The notes under the pieces are model-generated. The model made no database searches. It saw only the letters and a list, made by a program, of their open reading frames with translations, and had not been told where the DNA came from. A program made the translations under genes and the position numbers. This document shows positions 23,227 to 34,600 of a DNA stretch of 64,000 bases, one piece after another. The stretch is from Rebecca billardiae RCC1528. Lineage: Eukaryota > Protista > Haptophyta. Position 1 is the first letter of the stretch; every line of letters starts with the position of its first letter. The DNA is taken from NCBI GenBank assembly GCA_965240325.2, contig OZ251231.1:124001-188000 (forward strand), written 5' to 3'.

Positions 23227-23928
23227 ATGCCCGACGCGCTCTTGAGTGTCACGCCGGCGATCCGCTCGGCGGTCGAGGCGCTGGCAGGGAGCGCGGCAGC
23301 GGGCGACGACGCGGACCTCGTGGGCGTGGTCGCGCGGCTCGGCGGCGCCGACCACGCCACGCTCGCCGAGCTGCGCGCCGTCGCCGCCGGCACACGCGCA
23401 CACCTCGCGCCCGCTGAGGCGCGCTGGCTGCACGAGCTCATCGTCGGGAGCACGCTCGTGAGCGCGCCGACGAAGGCGGCGCCGCGCGCGCGCGACCCGG
23501 AGCTGGCGAGGCGGCTCGAGCGCCTCGAGAACGCGCGGCAGAACCAGGAGTACGCGCGCATGGTGCGCGACATCACGAGCAAGGACGTGCACAAGGAGCG
23601 CGAGGCGAACGAGATCGCCTCATACAAGGCGAGCATGGGCGTCGGTGTGAACATGCTGGTCAGCGTCGCGACGATGTTCACCGCCGGGTGGTTCGTCACG
23701 AAGAACGCGCTCGGTGCAGGTCCGACCGACGTGCTCCCCATCATCGGCGGCCTCCTCTCCGCCGCCGCCACGCTGCTGCTCGAGACGTGGCTGTTTGTGA
23801 TCCGCACGTCACGTGTCGACTCGGCGGCGAGCAAGCGCGACGCGACCAAGCGCGACGCGACCAAGCGGTCGAAGGCGCAGCACACGGAGTTCAGCGATCT
23901 CTCCCGCATCCACGATCACTACGACTGA
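23227..23928 (+). CDS. Vma12/TMEM199-like ER V-ATPase assembly factor
   Basis: DPELARRLERL...QEYARMVRDI followed by two TMs (GVNMLVSVATMFTAGWFV; IIGGLLSAAATLLLETWLFVIR). Confidence 0.8.
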   Translation: MPDALLSVTPAIRSAVEALAGSAAAGDDADLVGVVARLGGADHATLAELRAVAAGTRAHLAPAEARWLHELIVGSTLVSAPTKAAPRARDPELARRLERLENARQNQEYARMVRDITSKDVHKEREANEIASYKASMGVGVNMLVSVATMFTAGWFVTKNALGAGPTDVLPIIGGLLSAAATLLLETWLFVIRTSRVDSAASKRDATKRDATKRSKAQHTEFSDLSRIHDHYD

Positions 23929-24780
23929 GCGCCCGCGCTGCTGCTGCTCCGGCCACAGTCCGAAGCACGTGATGTCCACACGCGGCTGACGGGCGCCGCC
24001 AGCGATGAGTGAGCCGAAGCATGCGCATGCGGGGCGCGCCCCCCACTGCCCGCAGTCGGCCCGGGCCCCACGGTCAGGCATGCCTGAACCTGAGACTACT
24101 GAGCCCTGACAGCGCGTGATGCTGCGCATAGATCTGCACTGCTCGGAGAGTGAGGGCGTACGCCTACGGTACCCGCTGACCGAGTGACGGTGAGACGTAC
24201 GGCCGTACCGCCGGCGCGGACTCGCGGACCCGCGAGTGCCGGCGGCGCCGCTCCTGACTAGCTGCTTAGCCTGCTTACGTAATACGACGTTACTTTGATC
24301 GATGAACCAGAACTACGCTGACTCCGGCTATGTGCTGATGCTAAGACTATATTTATTATAATAGCAGTGCTGGCGGCCGAATTTAATAACACCGCGCCGC
24401 CGCCAATATATTCGTCGCTAATAATATATATATGGCGCGGCCGTCGCGGTCGGGCCCGCAGGCGCTGGATTGTGAGCCCGCGGCGACCCGCCCACGGATG
24501 GCCATGTCGCCGAGTCGTCGCGCACTGTCCCGGAGTGTCCGCCGGTCAGTCGCGGACCCGAGTCACGGAGCCGCCGCGCCGTGGCACCGAGCACTCGGAG
24601 CAGTAGAGTGATGCCTATCGTCTGACGATATTAAATAATTATCGCGATCAAGTAAGCAGACGATGAGCACAGGCGCGGATGGAAGTTCTTGCTGATATAT
24701 ATATGACAGGTCACTGAGCCAACGCGGGGCGTGGCCGAACAGCCCGATGGCAATGTCGGCGATGAGGACCCATCCGACGG

Positions 24781-25361
24781 TCAGCGCTTGCGGCTGCGAG
24801 CACGCGCCTGTTTCAACTTGACCTTGCGATTGCGCTTGCGTGCGTCGCCGCGTTTGGCCTGCTTTCGACCGGTCTTGTGCTTTTTGTGCACGCCCAAAGA
24901 CGGCGGCGCATCGATGGCGATGTCCCCGTCCTCGTCCACCTCGAGCGCTGGTGCGGCGGGCGGCAGCTCGGCAGCCGGCTGCGGACGCGACGGCTTGCGC
25001 GACGGCACTGGAATGGCGAGTAGCTCGGTGGCGACCGATTCGAACGCCTCCATGGCGTCTGGTTTAGACGTATCTGCGCCTGCTGCGCGCATCCACCCCC
25101 CATGCCGCCAGCGCTCTCAGATGCGTGCCAGTGCGAGCGCACGAGCGCGCGCGCGCGCGCGCAAAGCGCGCCGCAGTTGCGCCCACCTGGTGGCTTGCGC
25201 GGCTCTGCCCGCTTCACGACGGCGCGCGCACTCGCGGCGACGAGCTCGCGCCGGCGTTCGTTGAGCGACTTGGCGCTCGCTGCCGTTAGCGACGACGGCA
25301 CGGCCGCGAGGAGTCCCTGCTTCCTCAGCCGCTTTGTCTCCTGCCGCTTCGTCTTCCCCAT
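24781..25361 (-). CDS. Small Lys/Arg-rich hypothetical protein (possibly nucleolar); exons 25361-25187, 25079-24781
   Basis: MGKTKRQETKRLRKQG... joined via GT-AG intron 25080-25186 to GADTSKPDAMEAF...KRNRKVKLKQARARSRKR. Confidence 0.6.
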
Positions 25362-25471
25362 CGTGGATGGACGTGCCGGCACGTCCTCCGGCCGGGGAGG
25401 CGATCAGCCGACGCGGTCCGGCTGCTCGGTGGCCGTCTTCATCATCAGTGATCAGGCCGCTGAGGACGATC

Positions 25472-26882
25472 ATGCCTGCCGTCAGCCGCCTCGCGCTCGC
25501 GCTCGTCGCGCTCTCGGGTGGCTCGCGTGCGTTCAGCACGCCGGCGCCCGGGCAGGCGCGCCAGTCGAAAGCGTCGCGCCTGCTGCGCTCCGCCGCCCCG
25601 CGAGGCCGCGACTCCGGCCGCCTCGCCGCGCTGCACGGCGGCGGCGGCGGCGGCGGCGGTGCCGAGCGGCCGCTCGACGTGCTCATCACCGGCGGCGTGG
25701 GCTACATCGGCAGCCACACCGTGGTCGAGCTGCTCAACGCGGGGCACAACGTGATCGTGGTGGACAACCTGTGCAACGCCAACATCGAGTGCCTGCAGCG
25801 CGTCCAGCGCATCACCGGCAAGCCCGTGCCGTTCTACGAGTGCGACGTGCGCGACGCGGCGGCGCTCGAGCGCGTCTTCGCCGCGCACCGGATCGACGCG
25901 GTGATCCACTTCGCCGGGCTGAAGGCCGTGGGCGAGTCGGTGCAGAAGCCCCTCGAGTACTACGACTGCAACGTGCGCGGCGCCGTCACGCTGCTGCAGG
26001 TGATGGGCAAGGCGGGCTGCAAGCAGATCGTCTTCTCCTCGTCTGCGACCGTGTACGGCGACCCCGCCTCCGTCCCCGTCGACGAGAGCTTCCCGACGGG
26101 CGCGACGAACCCGTACGGACGGACGAAGCTGATGATCGAGGAGATCCTGCACGACCTCGCGCGCTCGGACGACGAGTGGCAGGTGCGCGCGCGCGCGCGA
26201 GCGAGCGTGCTCGCGCCGTGGCGCGCGGCGCGCGGGCGCAGCGCGGCGCCACGGCGCGCGCTGACGCGCGCGGCGCCCGCGCATGCGCCGCGCCCGCCCG
26301 CAGATCTCCGTGCTGCGCTACTTCAACCCGGTGGGCGCGCACCGCTCGGGGATCATCGGCGAGGACCCGAAGGGCATCCCGAACAACCTGATGCCCTTCA
26401 TCCAGCAGGTCGCCGTCGGCATCCGGCCGAAGCTCTCCGTGTTTGGCGCGGACTATTCGACCCAGGACGGCACGGGCGTGCGTGACTACATCCACGTGGT
26501 CGACCTGGCGCAGGGGCACGTGGCCGCGCTGCGCCGGATGACGAGCGCGCGCGACGGGTTCGCCGTGTACAACCTGGGCACCGGCCAGGGCTACTCGGTC
26601 CTCGACATGGTCGCAGCATTCAGCGCGGCGTGCGGCAAGGAGCTCCCGTACGAGCTCGCGCCGCGCCGGCCGGGCGACGTGGCCGTCGTGTACGCCGAGA
26701 CGAGCAAGGCGGCGTCCGAGCTGGGCTGGAGGGCGGAGCTGGGGCTGCGCGAGATGTGCGAGGACTCGTGGCGCTGGGCGAGCAACAACCCGAACGGGTA
26801 CGGGCCGTCGCCGCCCGCTGCGCCGCCTGCAGACTCCGAGCAGAGGCCTGCGTCGAGCAGCGCTGCTGGCGCCGCCAAGTGA
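25472..26882 (+). CDS. galE: UDP-glucose 4-epimerase; exons 25472-26182, 26304-26882
   Basis: [82 protein letters not shown]; intron 26183-26303. Confidence 0.95.
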
Positions 26883-27270
26883 GCAGCGAGCCGTCGCGAG
26901 GCTTGGCCATGTCCGTCGGCGACCTCGGACCGGGACCGGCCCCGGCGGCCGACCCCGCTACGGCTCACCCTCGGCGTCATCGTCATCGTGCATCGACTGC
27001 CACTGCTAATAGGACTCATCTGACCGTTGATCGCCACGAAGGATGGCCAACCGATACGGATGCTTCACGGTTTGTCGGTTTCCCTTTCCGTTTCATTCTA
27101 CAAGTATGTAGGCTACGACGGCTGCAGCTCGATTATTTTCGTCAGCATCAGATTGTGAGAAGCGCGCCCCGCTGCCGAGCCCCCGGCCGACGAGTCGACG
27201 ACGCCCCAAGCCCGCCTTTGGCCGGCCGCGAGCGAGCCTACGAGGGTGGCGAGCAAACGCACGCGCACTC

Positions 27271-28104
27271 ATGCTGCGCAAGAAGAAGTCTGACGATCCG
27301 ATGGACCGCATCATGGACCCGGACGGGCCGCAGCTGACGGCCGAGCAGCGGGACGCGCTGCGCATGGCGCAGGCCTCGCTGCGGTCCGGCCTCCGCAACA
27401 TGTACGATGAGTTCTCGACCGAAGCGGGCTGGCGCCTCCGGCTGAAGGTCCCGGGCAAGTTCAAGATCCAGCCCGTGATGCTGATCGTGTACTGCCTGGT
27501 GATGCTCGCCGACTCAGCCCTGAGCTTTGGCCAGCGCATCGTCGACCTCGAGGAGGAGGGCGACGTCCTCGTCCTCTCGTCGCTCACCACGCGCCAGTAC
27601 TTTTGGCTGCTGTTCGCCATCCGCGTGGTCCTCACCTTGCCGGTGATGATGCTCGCCGGGTACGGCGAGTCGTACAACCTGGTGCTGCGGCGGTACGTGG
27701 AGCTGCACGCCGCGTACGTCAAGGTCTGCAAGCGCCTCGGCGAGGAGCCCGCCGAGGACTGGCCGCACCAGAACCTGAAGGAAGTTGCGGCCAAGGAGAT
27801 GCTGCAAGGCACCATCTGCATGGTGACGACCGTCTTCGTGAACGCGATGGCCGAGTCCGTCCTCGACTGCGTGCTCAACCTGATGGCGATCCACTTCCTC
27901 ACCAGCCTCGACGAGTGGGCTGAGAACAACGTCGCGCTCAACGCCTACTCCGAGCTGGATCGCTTCTTCAAGGGAATTAAGCAAGCCCTCTCCAACCCGA
28001 GCTATGATGCCGCGACGAAGAAGAAGATCGAAGAAGCGCCGAGCAAGCACGCCGTGGAGCAATTCCTCCTCTTCTGGAGCGTCGAGAAGGTCGAGGCGCG
28101 CTGA
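27271..28104 (+). CDS. Multi-pass membrane hypothetical protein
   Basis: 277-aa ATG ORF with strong codon bias, 3-4 hydrophobic segments and DCVLNLMAIHFLTSLDEW. Confidence 0.7.
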   Translation: MLRKKKSDDPMDRIMDPDGPQLTAEQRDALRMAQASLRSGLRNMYDEFSTEAGWRLRLKVPGKFKIQPVMLIVYCLVMLADSALSFGQRIVDLEEEGDVLVLSSLTTRQYFWLLFAIRVVLTLPVMMLAGYGESYNLVLRRYVELHAAYVKVCKRLGEEPAEDWPHQNLKEVAAKEMLQGTICMVTTVFVNAMAESVLDCVLNLMAIHFLTSLDEWAENNVALNAYSELDRFFKGIKQALSNPSYDAATKKKIEEAPSKHAVEQFLLFWSVEKVEAR

Positions 28105-28400
28105 GCGCGGCCGTGGAGAGAGAGCCGGGCGGCGCCTCAGTCGGACGGCTGGCACCCGCACTCGGCGCCGGTGTGACGGTGTCCGGCCTGTCCGGGTCGG
28201 CGGCCCGCGGGCCGCACGGCCTCCGAGTCTTAAAGGCAGTCAAGCAAATTGTGGCGGCATCATACATCACTCATCAGTCAGCAGCGGTGATCGGCGCAGT
28301 CGACTCTAGCAGAAGTAGCACTCTGCACTGCACTCGAGCAGCAGCGGTAGTATACGTCGGACTACAGTGTAGAGTTCTGAGCCGCAGTAAATTATTATTA

Positions 28401-29011
28401 TGTTGAGCTGACGCAGCCTGGGGCGCGCATCTCAGCAGATGGCGTCGCCGCTGGGACGTCAGGGCCGGCGCCGCATCAGGCGGGCCGGCGGCATCAGCTA
28501 CGGAGCAATGGCTGGCTGGCGACGCGCGCGCGCGGCGCGCGCGGCGGCAGGAGCGCGAGCGCAGCAGCGTTGGCGCGGAGCGACGTGGACGCGGAGCGCG
28601 GACGCGGCAGCGCGGACGCGGAGCGACACGGACGCGGCGCGTGCGCGGGCGGTACGGCCCGGCGCAGCGCGGCACGGTGACGTCGCACGGGCATGGCCCG
28701 GACGCCATCGTGGGAGTCCATCCGGATTCCAACTTTCGGAAAAGTGGGAATCCGGCTGAGGGCGGACGGACGAGGACGTCCGGGAGTTACGTCGGGACGG
28801 GCGGGTTTTCGGGAAGGTAACGCATTCCCCGGAGCCGGCCGCGACGTGGTCACCCCGCGACCAAAAAGGTCGGCGGGAGGTTAGCTTGTCTTCGTAAAAG
28901 AGCGAAGGGAAGGAGGTTGCCTCTCGTGGTCAACATCGACGACGCGCCCGAGGACGCGCCGGTGAGCTTTTAGCAGGGCTCGAGACGCTTGGAGCTCGCG
29001 TTTACCCAATA
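28401..29011 (+). repeat. 5' LTR of copia element 1 (TGTTG...CAATA)
   Basis: Line-by-line identical to 34941-35551. Confidence 0.95.
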
Positions 29012-31632
29012 TGCATGCAGCGATCGGGAGGGATCGTACGCGCGGCGCTTTCTCATCGATCGCGCCGATGAGCACGAGCGGCCGGTACTACGGCTCGGTC
29101 GACGTTGGGAGCCTCAACGACAAAGGTAATCAGCAGCGTTGGCTCGCGCAATCGGCGAGCAAGCTGGCGGCGCTACCGGCGGGGCAAGGTGCTACGATGT
29201 CCGCACTGAACGGCATCATCGTGACGCACGGCCCGAACGCGGAGCACCGCATCAACACGCTCGAGGAGTACAACTCGACGTGGGAGACATTCAACCCATC
29301 CGCGGCGAAGATGATCAAGGTCAGTGCCGAGCGGATGGACCTGGCGCGTGAGAACTACGCGCTGCAGCAGCGGCTGCTCGACCATCGCCACGAGCACGAG
29401 CGCCGCGAGCACGCCGAGCGCCGGGCCGCGGCGGAACGCGCGGCGGCGGCGGCGGCGGGGGCGAGGCAGGCGCCAAGCTACGCGCAGGCTGCCTCGGCGG
29501 GCGCGGGGAGTGGTTTAGCCACTCCGGGTGGCCCGACGGCGACCGGACCGGGTTCAGGTCCGGCGGCGGGCGGCGGATCCGGAATTTCTCCGGGTCCGGC
29601 GGCCGGCACACCCGGTCCGGGTGTGGGCACAGGCGGCGCGGCAGGTGCGCCGGCTGGGACTGACGGCGCGACGCCTGCGGGCGGCGCCGGCGTCGGCGCG
29701 GCGCCTACGGGCGGCGCCGGCGGGATCGGTGGCGCGGCGCCCGCGGGCGGCGCTGCCGTGACGCTCGATCCGCGCGCGCGCGAGCTCTACCGCCGCGAGC
29801 GCGAGACCGAGGAACAGATGTATGAGCGGCAGGCGAGCGAGCACGCCATGCTGGACATAAAGCTCCGACAGAGCGTGTTGGAGGCAGCGCCGGACGGCGA
29901 CGAGGCGGACCCCGCCAAGTACGCCGGGGCGCAGTACGAGAAAGGGACGGCTTTCTTACGCACCGAGCTGCGGTCGTGGGTGACGGAGGCTGCGTGGCAG
30001 CACATCAACCGCCTCATGGAGACGCAGCCGGAGGTGCAGGAGGAGCGCGCGCGCCGGGGCGCACTTACGCCGGGGCGTGAGTTCCTGTACCTGTGGAAGG
30101 CGATCCTGCGCATGCGCAAGCCCGACGACATGCGGAAGTACATGTCGGTGCGGGCACGCTGGCATCGGACGGTCCTGCCGGACTGCGGCAAGGACGGCGT
30201 CGGCGCACTCGAGCTCTTCCAGGTGCTACAGCACAACCACGTGCTGCTGCAGGAGCTGAGTGACGCAGCGCCAGCGGCGGAGATGCTTGCGCGGCTCATC
30301 GAGTTCATTCCGTCGGTGGGCGCGGGCATCGAGATGCGGACGCGGTACGAGTCGAAGGACTACAGGACCGTGACGAACTTCGACGTGCAGGAGCTCGTGC
30401 ACGAGCTCAACGGCAAGTTCGAGGACTGGGACTTCTCCAAGGGCAAGCGGGTTGACCGCGGCGGCCCTGGGCGCCCAGGGGCGGGTGGCCGCACGCCAGG
30501 AGGCGGCGGCGCTACCCGCGCGCACCCAATCGACGGGCTCCGCCTGGCGCAGGCGGCGGCGGCGTCGGCGGGTGGCGGCGGCGGCGACACGACGTCGCCG
30601 GCTGGCCGTGGTGGCGGCGGCGGAGGTCGTGGCGGTGGCGGCGGCGGCACTGGCCGCGGCGCCGGCCGCGGAGGCCAGGACGACTCCGACGACGCGCACG
30701 GGCCGCGCTGCTACAAGTGCGGCGCCGTGGGGCATATCAAGCGTTACTGCCCGCAGGTGACGCAGGCTGATCGCGACTCGAACGCTGGCGATGACGCGGC
30801 GTCGACGCGGTCGGATCGCAGCCGTGGCTCACATCGGAGCGGCGGTGGCGGTGGCGGCGGCGGTGGCGGGGGCAGCACCCGCGCCGTGGTCGGTAATGGC
30901 AACGGCGGCGGCACGGTCCGCACGCAGGTCGCGTTCGCTCCCGAGCAGGGGGACGAGCCAGACGGCGCCGTTGGTGGCGACGGTGACGCTGACGCCGGAG
31001 ACGGCGGCGGCGCCGGCGCCAGACTCGGCTTGGCGCCTATTGGCGCGGCTATCGGCGGCAGAGCGCAGCGCGACGAGGACATCGAGATCGTCGCGGCGCG
31101 GGCGGCCGAGGCACGCGTGGCGCCGCCGGAGGACAACACGCGGGCGTTGGTGTTTGACACTGGCGCACGGAAGAACATCGCCATGGCCGAGGATTTGACG
31201 AATCTTACCCCGGTGGACGGCGCATGTCAGATCGAGTGGGGGAACGGTGCGCGGGAGCGGGTCACTCACCGCGGGACCCTGGTGGTCAAGCTTGCGGCGG
31301 ACGACGACAGCGACAAGGTCCTCACGCTCGAGATCGAGGCGTGGGCGTCGCGGCGCGTCACGGCGCCGCTGCTGTCGGTCGAGCACTGCGCGGACGCAGG
31401 CATCGAGTTCCACTACTCGCAGCGCGGCAACACTGCGGACTTTACGGCGCTGGGAGGCGGCGTCGTGCAGCTGCCGCGCGATTCCACGCTGCGCGCCGAG
31501 ATCGTACGGCGCCAGGTGGGGCCAGACGTCGGCGATGCGCCGGCGGAGGCGCGCGCACGGCGCAGGGCGCCAGTGCGGCGCGTAGGCGCGGGGCGGGGGC
31601 GCATTGGCGCTGCGCCGCCCCCAAACGCCTAA
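29011..31632 (+). CDS. gag: Copia element 1 Gag-protease ORF
   Basis: CCHC knuckle CYKCGAVGHIKRYC; aspartic protease LVFDTGA; LLSV motif. True start may be the ATG at 29068. Confidence 0.85.
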   Translation: MHAAIGRDRTRGAFSSIAPMSTSGRYYGSVDVGSLNDKGNQQRWLAQSASKLAALPAGQGATMSALNGIIVTHGPNAEHRINTLEEYNSTWETFNPSAAKMIKVSAERMDLARENYALQQRLLDHRHEHERREHAERRAAAERAAAAAAGARQAPSYAQAASAGAGSGLATPGGPTATGPGSGPAAGGGSGISPGPAAGTPGPGVGTGGAAGAPAGTDGATPAGGAGVGAAPTGGAGGIGGAAPAGGAAVTLDPRARELYRRERETEEQMYERQASEHAMLDIKLRQSVLEAAPDGDEADPAKYAGAQYEKGTAFLRTELRSWVTEAAWQHINRLMETQPEVQEERARRGALTPGREFLYLWKAILRMRKPDDMRKYMSVRARWHRTVLPDCGKDGVGALELFQVLQHNHVLLQELSDAAPAAEMLARLIEFIPSVGAGIEMRTRYESKDYRTVTNFDVQELVHELNGKFEDWDFSKGKRVDRGGPGRPGAGGRTPGGGGATRAHPIDGLRLAQAAAASAGGGGGDTTSPAGRGGGGGGRGGGGGGTGRGAGRGGQDDSDDAHGPRCYKCGAVGHIKRYCPQVTQADRDSNAGDDAASTRSDRSRGSHRSGGGGGGGGGGGSTRAVVGNGNGGGTVRTQVAFAPEQGDEPDGAVGGDGDADAGDGGGAGARLGLAPIGAAIGGRAQRDEDIEIVAARAAEARVAPPEDNTRALVFDTGARKNIAMAEDLTNLTPVDGACQIEWGNGARERVTHRGTLVVKLAADDDSDKVLTLEIEAWASRRVTAPLLSVEHCADAGIEFHYSQRGNTADFTALGGGVVQLPRDSTLRAEIVRRQVGPDVGDAPAEARARRRAPVRRVGAGRGRIGAAPPPNA

Positions 31633-34600
31633 GCCCGGAACCCGCGCAGGTGCGAACCACAAACACTACGGAGGCGGCGCGAGGCGCTGATCCGGCGTGG
31701 TTGCGCACTTGGTCGGTTCGAACGGGCACCAATGACCAACGTCTACTCGAGCGCACGCGACGCGTGGCCGAGGGGATGGAGGGGGCGAACGCGCGGCGTG
31801 AGTCGCTCGACGAGCAGTCGGCGGCGGGCATGACGCGGCGGTCGTTCGCGGACGCGATGCCGACGGCGCACTACCCTGGGCAGGTGACGCACGTCGACAT
31901 CTTCTCTATGGCGCGGATCGACTTACCAGTTGGGGCCGATGGCGCACGTGGAGGGTATCCTCATGGGATCATATTCATCGATGGGCATTCACGTCGATGG
32001 CAAGTGTACGCGCTACGCAGCTTGGATGACGCCGAGGTTGGTCGGGCATTCCGCTGGTACGCGCAGTTGCTTGGAACAGGGGCCATGCACATGTCGCATT
32101 GGGTCCTGGCGTCGGGGTGTACTATGGCGCGACGTCATATTCACACCGACGGTGGCTCGACGTTACTGAGTACGTACGTCGAGGGTGAGCTGGCGAAGCT
32201 TGGGTTCTCGTCGACGGTCACGTCGGCGCCCGACTCGCCGAGCTCGAATGGCGTGGCGGAACGCGCTATCCGCACGCTGAAGTCGAGACTGCGCGCCACG
32301 GTCGTTGCGCGTGGAGTCTCGAGGGTCGATTGGCACTACGCGGCGTGGCACGCATGCGCGTCGCGCAATCGACTGGCGTCACGTGGTATCATTCGTGACG
32401 ATGGAGACATCGAGTGGCTCACGCCGGATGAGCTGTTCTTTGGCAAACGTCCGACGTGGAAGCATCACGTGGCGTTTGGCGCGCGCTGCCGCGTGCTGAT
32501 GCTGGGCGCACGGCGCAATGCATTGGGGCAGCTGAAGCAGCGCGCACTACCCGGACGTGTCTATCTCTGGGGTGGGCACGGCGTGCAGTGGCGCGGTACA
32601 TGGCGCTACGTGCTTGGGTACGTATGTCGTTTAGACGACGGACGTCTCGTTCACTCACGTGACGTACGCATCGACGAGACCGACCTGGTCGAGGGGGGGC
32701 ACTCGTCGCTGGGCGCACCTGACGGTGGCGCGTACGTGGGTGATGGTGACGACGCCGCGGTAAGCGGCGGATATCGTCCAGTCGGCGGTGACGCCGACGG
32801 TGAGGACGAGGACGGCGATGGCGGCGAGACGCCAGCCGACGCCGGGAATGACGACGCGACAGAGTTCGACGTCGGGTACGACGACGACGCAGATGCGTCA
32901 ACGTCGGGGCGCGGGCGCAGCAGCGTGGACGCGGGACAACGCGGGTGCAGCAGCGCGGGCGCACAGCCGTCGACGTCGACGCCGCAGGGCGGGCGCGGCG
33001 GGGCAGGCGCGTCAATGACGCAGCCGGGTCGGCAGGATCAGATACCGCCGACGGAATCACGGCGCGGGACCGCAGCAGATGCTGGCGGGTCGCCGCGCGG
33101 CGCAGACGGTGACGACGGCGTGATCGAGGACGCGCCGCCGCCCGGTCTGGATATGGGACACGATCCGCTTCGCAGGGATCGGACATCGCGCCGACGGCCG
33201 CAGCTGCTTACTGCCGTCGTCAGCGCCGCGTCGGTGTTCCAGAAGATCAACGTGAAGGTGCCGACGAACTATCGCGAGGCGATGCGGTCGGCGGAGGCGC
33301 CCCAGTGGCAGGGCGCCATGCTCGAGCACTTGGAAGGTCACAAGTTGCTCGGGACCTCGGAGGAGGTGGTGGTTCCGGAGGGCACGCGGCTGTTGCCGAG
33401 CCAGTGGGTCTTTGACGTGAAGTCGAACCCGGAGGGCGAGGTGACGCGCTTCAAGGCGCGGTCGGTGCTACTGGGGAACCTACAGCGGCCGGGGATCGAC
33501 TTTCAGGAGGTCTTTGCTCCGACGATCCGGCCGGAACAAGTGCGACTACTCGTGGCGATCGCCGCTCAGCAGGCGGGCGCGAGAGTCGACTTGGGAGCAG
33601 CGTCGGTTGCGGCGCTGGGCATACTGTCGAAGGGGGACGTCAAGGACGCGTACCTCAACTCGGAGTTGAAGCCGGATGAGCGGCCTCTCTTCTCGTTCCC
33701 GCCGGGCTACGTGCCGAGCACGCAGGCGCCGCCGGGGTACAAAGTCGTGGGCCGGAGCCTGAAGGCGTATCCGGGCCTACGCCAGTCTGGGCGCGCGTGG
33801 CATCGCACGCACCGCACCCAGCTGCTCGCGCGCGGCTTCTCGGAGTGTCCGAGTGCGCCGTGCATCTACGTCAAGGAGTCGGCGCCGGGCGAGTTCATCA
33901 TCGCGGGCGGCTTTGTCGACGACTTGCTGTTTCTCAACCTGACGCGCGACGCGCGCGCGGTGGAGAAGCTGGCGGCTGACCTGAAGGAGCACTACGAGAT
34001 CAAGCTGAGTGAGCGGCTCGATAAGTTCCTGGGCGCCGTGTTTGAAGTTCATGACGACGGCATCCTGATGCATCTGGGGCCGTACGTCGAGAGCGTGCTT
34101 CAGCGGTTCGGTTTGAACGCGAGCACGCCGGCGCGCACGCCGGAGCCGGCGGCGCGGGCGCAGCTGAGCGACGACGACGAGGCGTTGCTGCAGCGCGCGG
34201 AGATTGAGAACTACCAGGCGATGGTGGGATGCCTCATGTTTGCGATGGTCACGGCGCGGCCGGACATCGCGCACGCGGTGAACATGCTGACGCGACGCAT
34301 GTCACGTCCGCGGGCGGTGGATCTGGTAAGTGCGAAGCGCGTGCTGCGCTACTTACGTGGATGCCCGCGATTGGGAATCTTGTTCAAGTTTGCGACAGAT
34401 TCCGAGCACCCCGACCTACTTGCTTTCGCTGACTCCGATTGGGCAAGCAATCCGGTGGAGACCAAGGGCAGGTCGACGGGTGGGTACATTGTGTTCTACA
34501 ATGGTGCGCCGGTGTCGTGGCACAGCGGGCTGCAAGGTACTGTCTCGCTGAGCTCGACGGAGGCGGAGTACGTCGCGCTGAGCGATTGCTGCCGCGAGGT

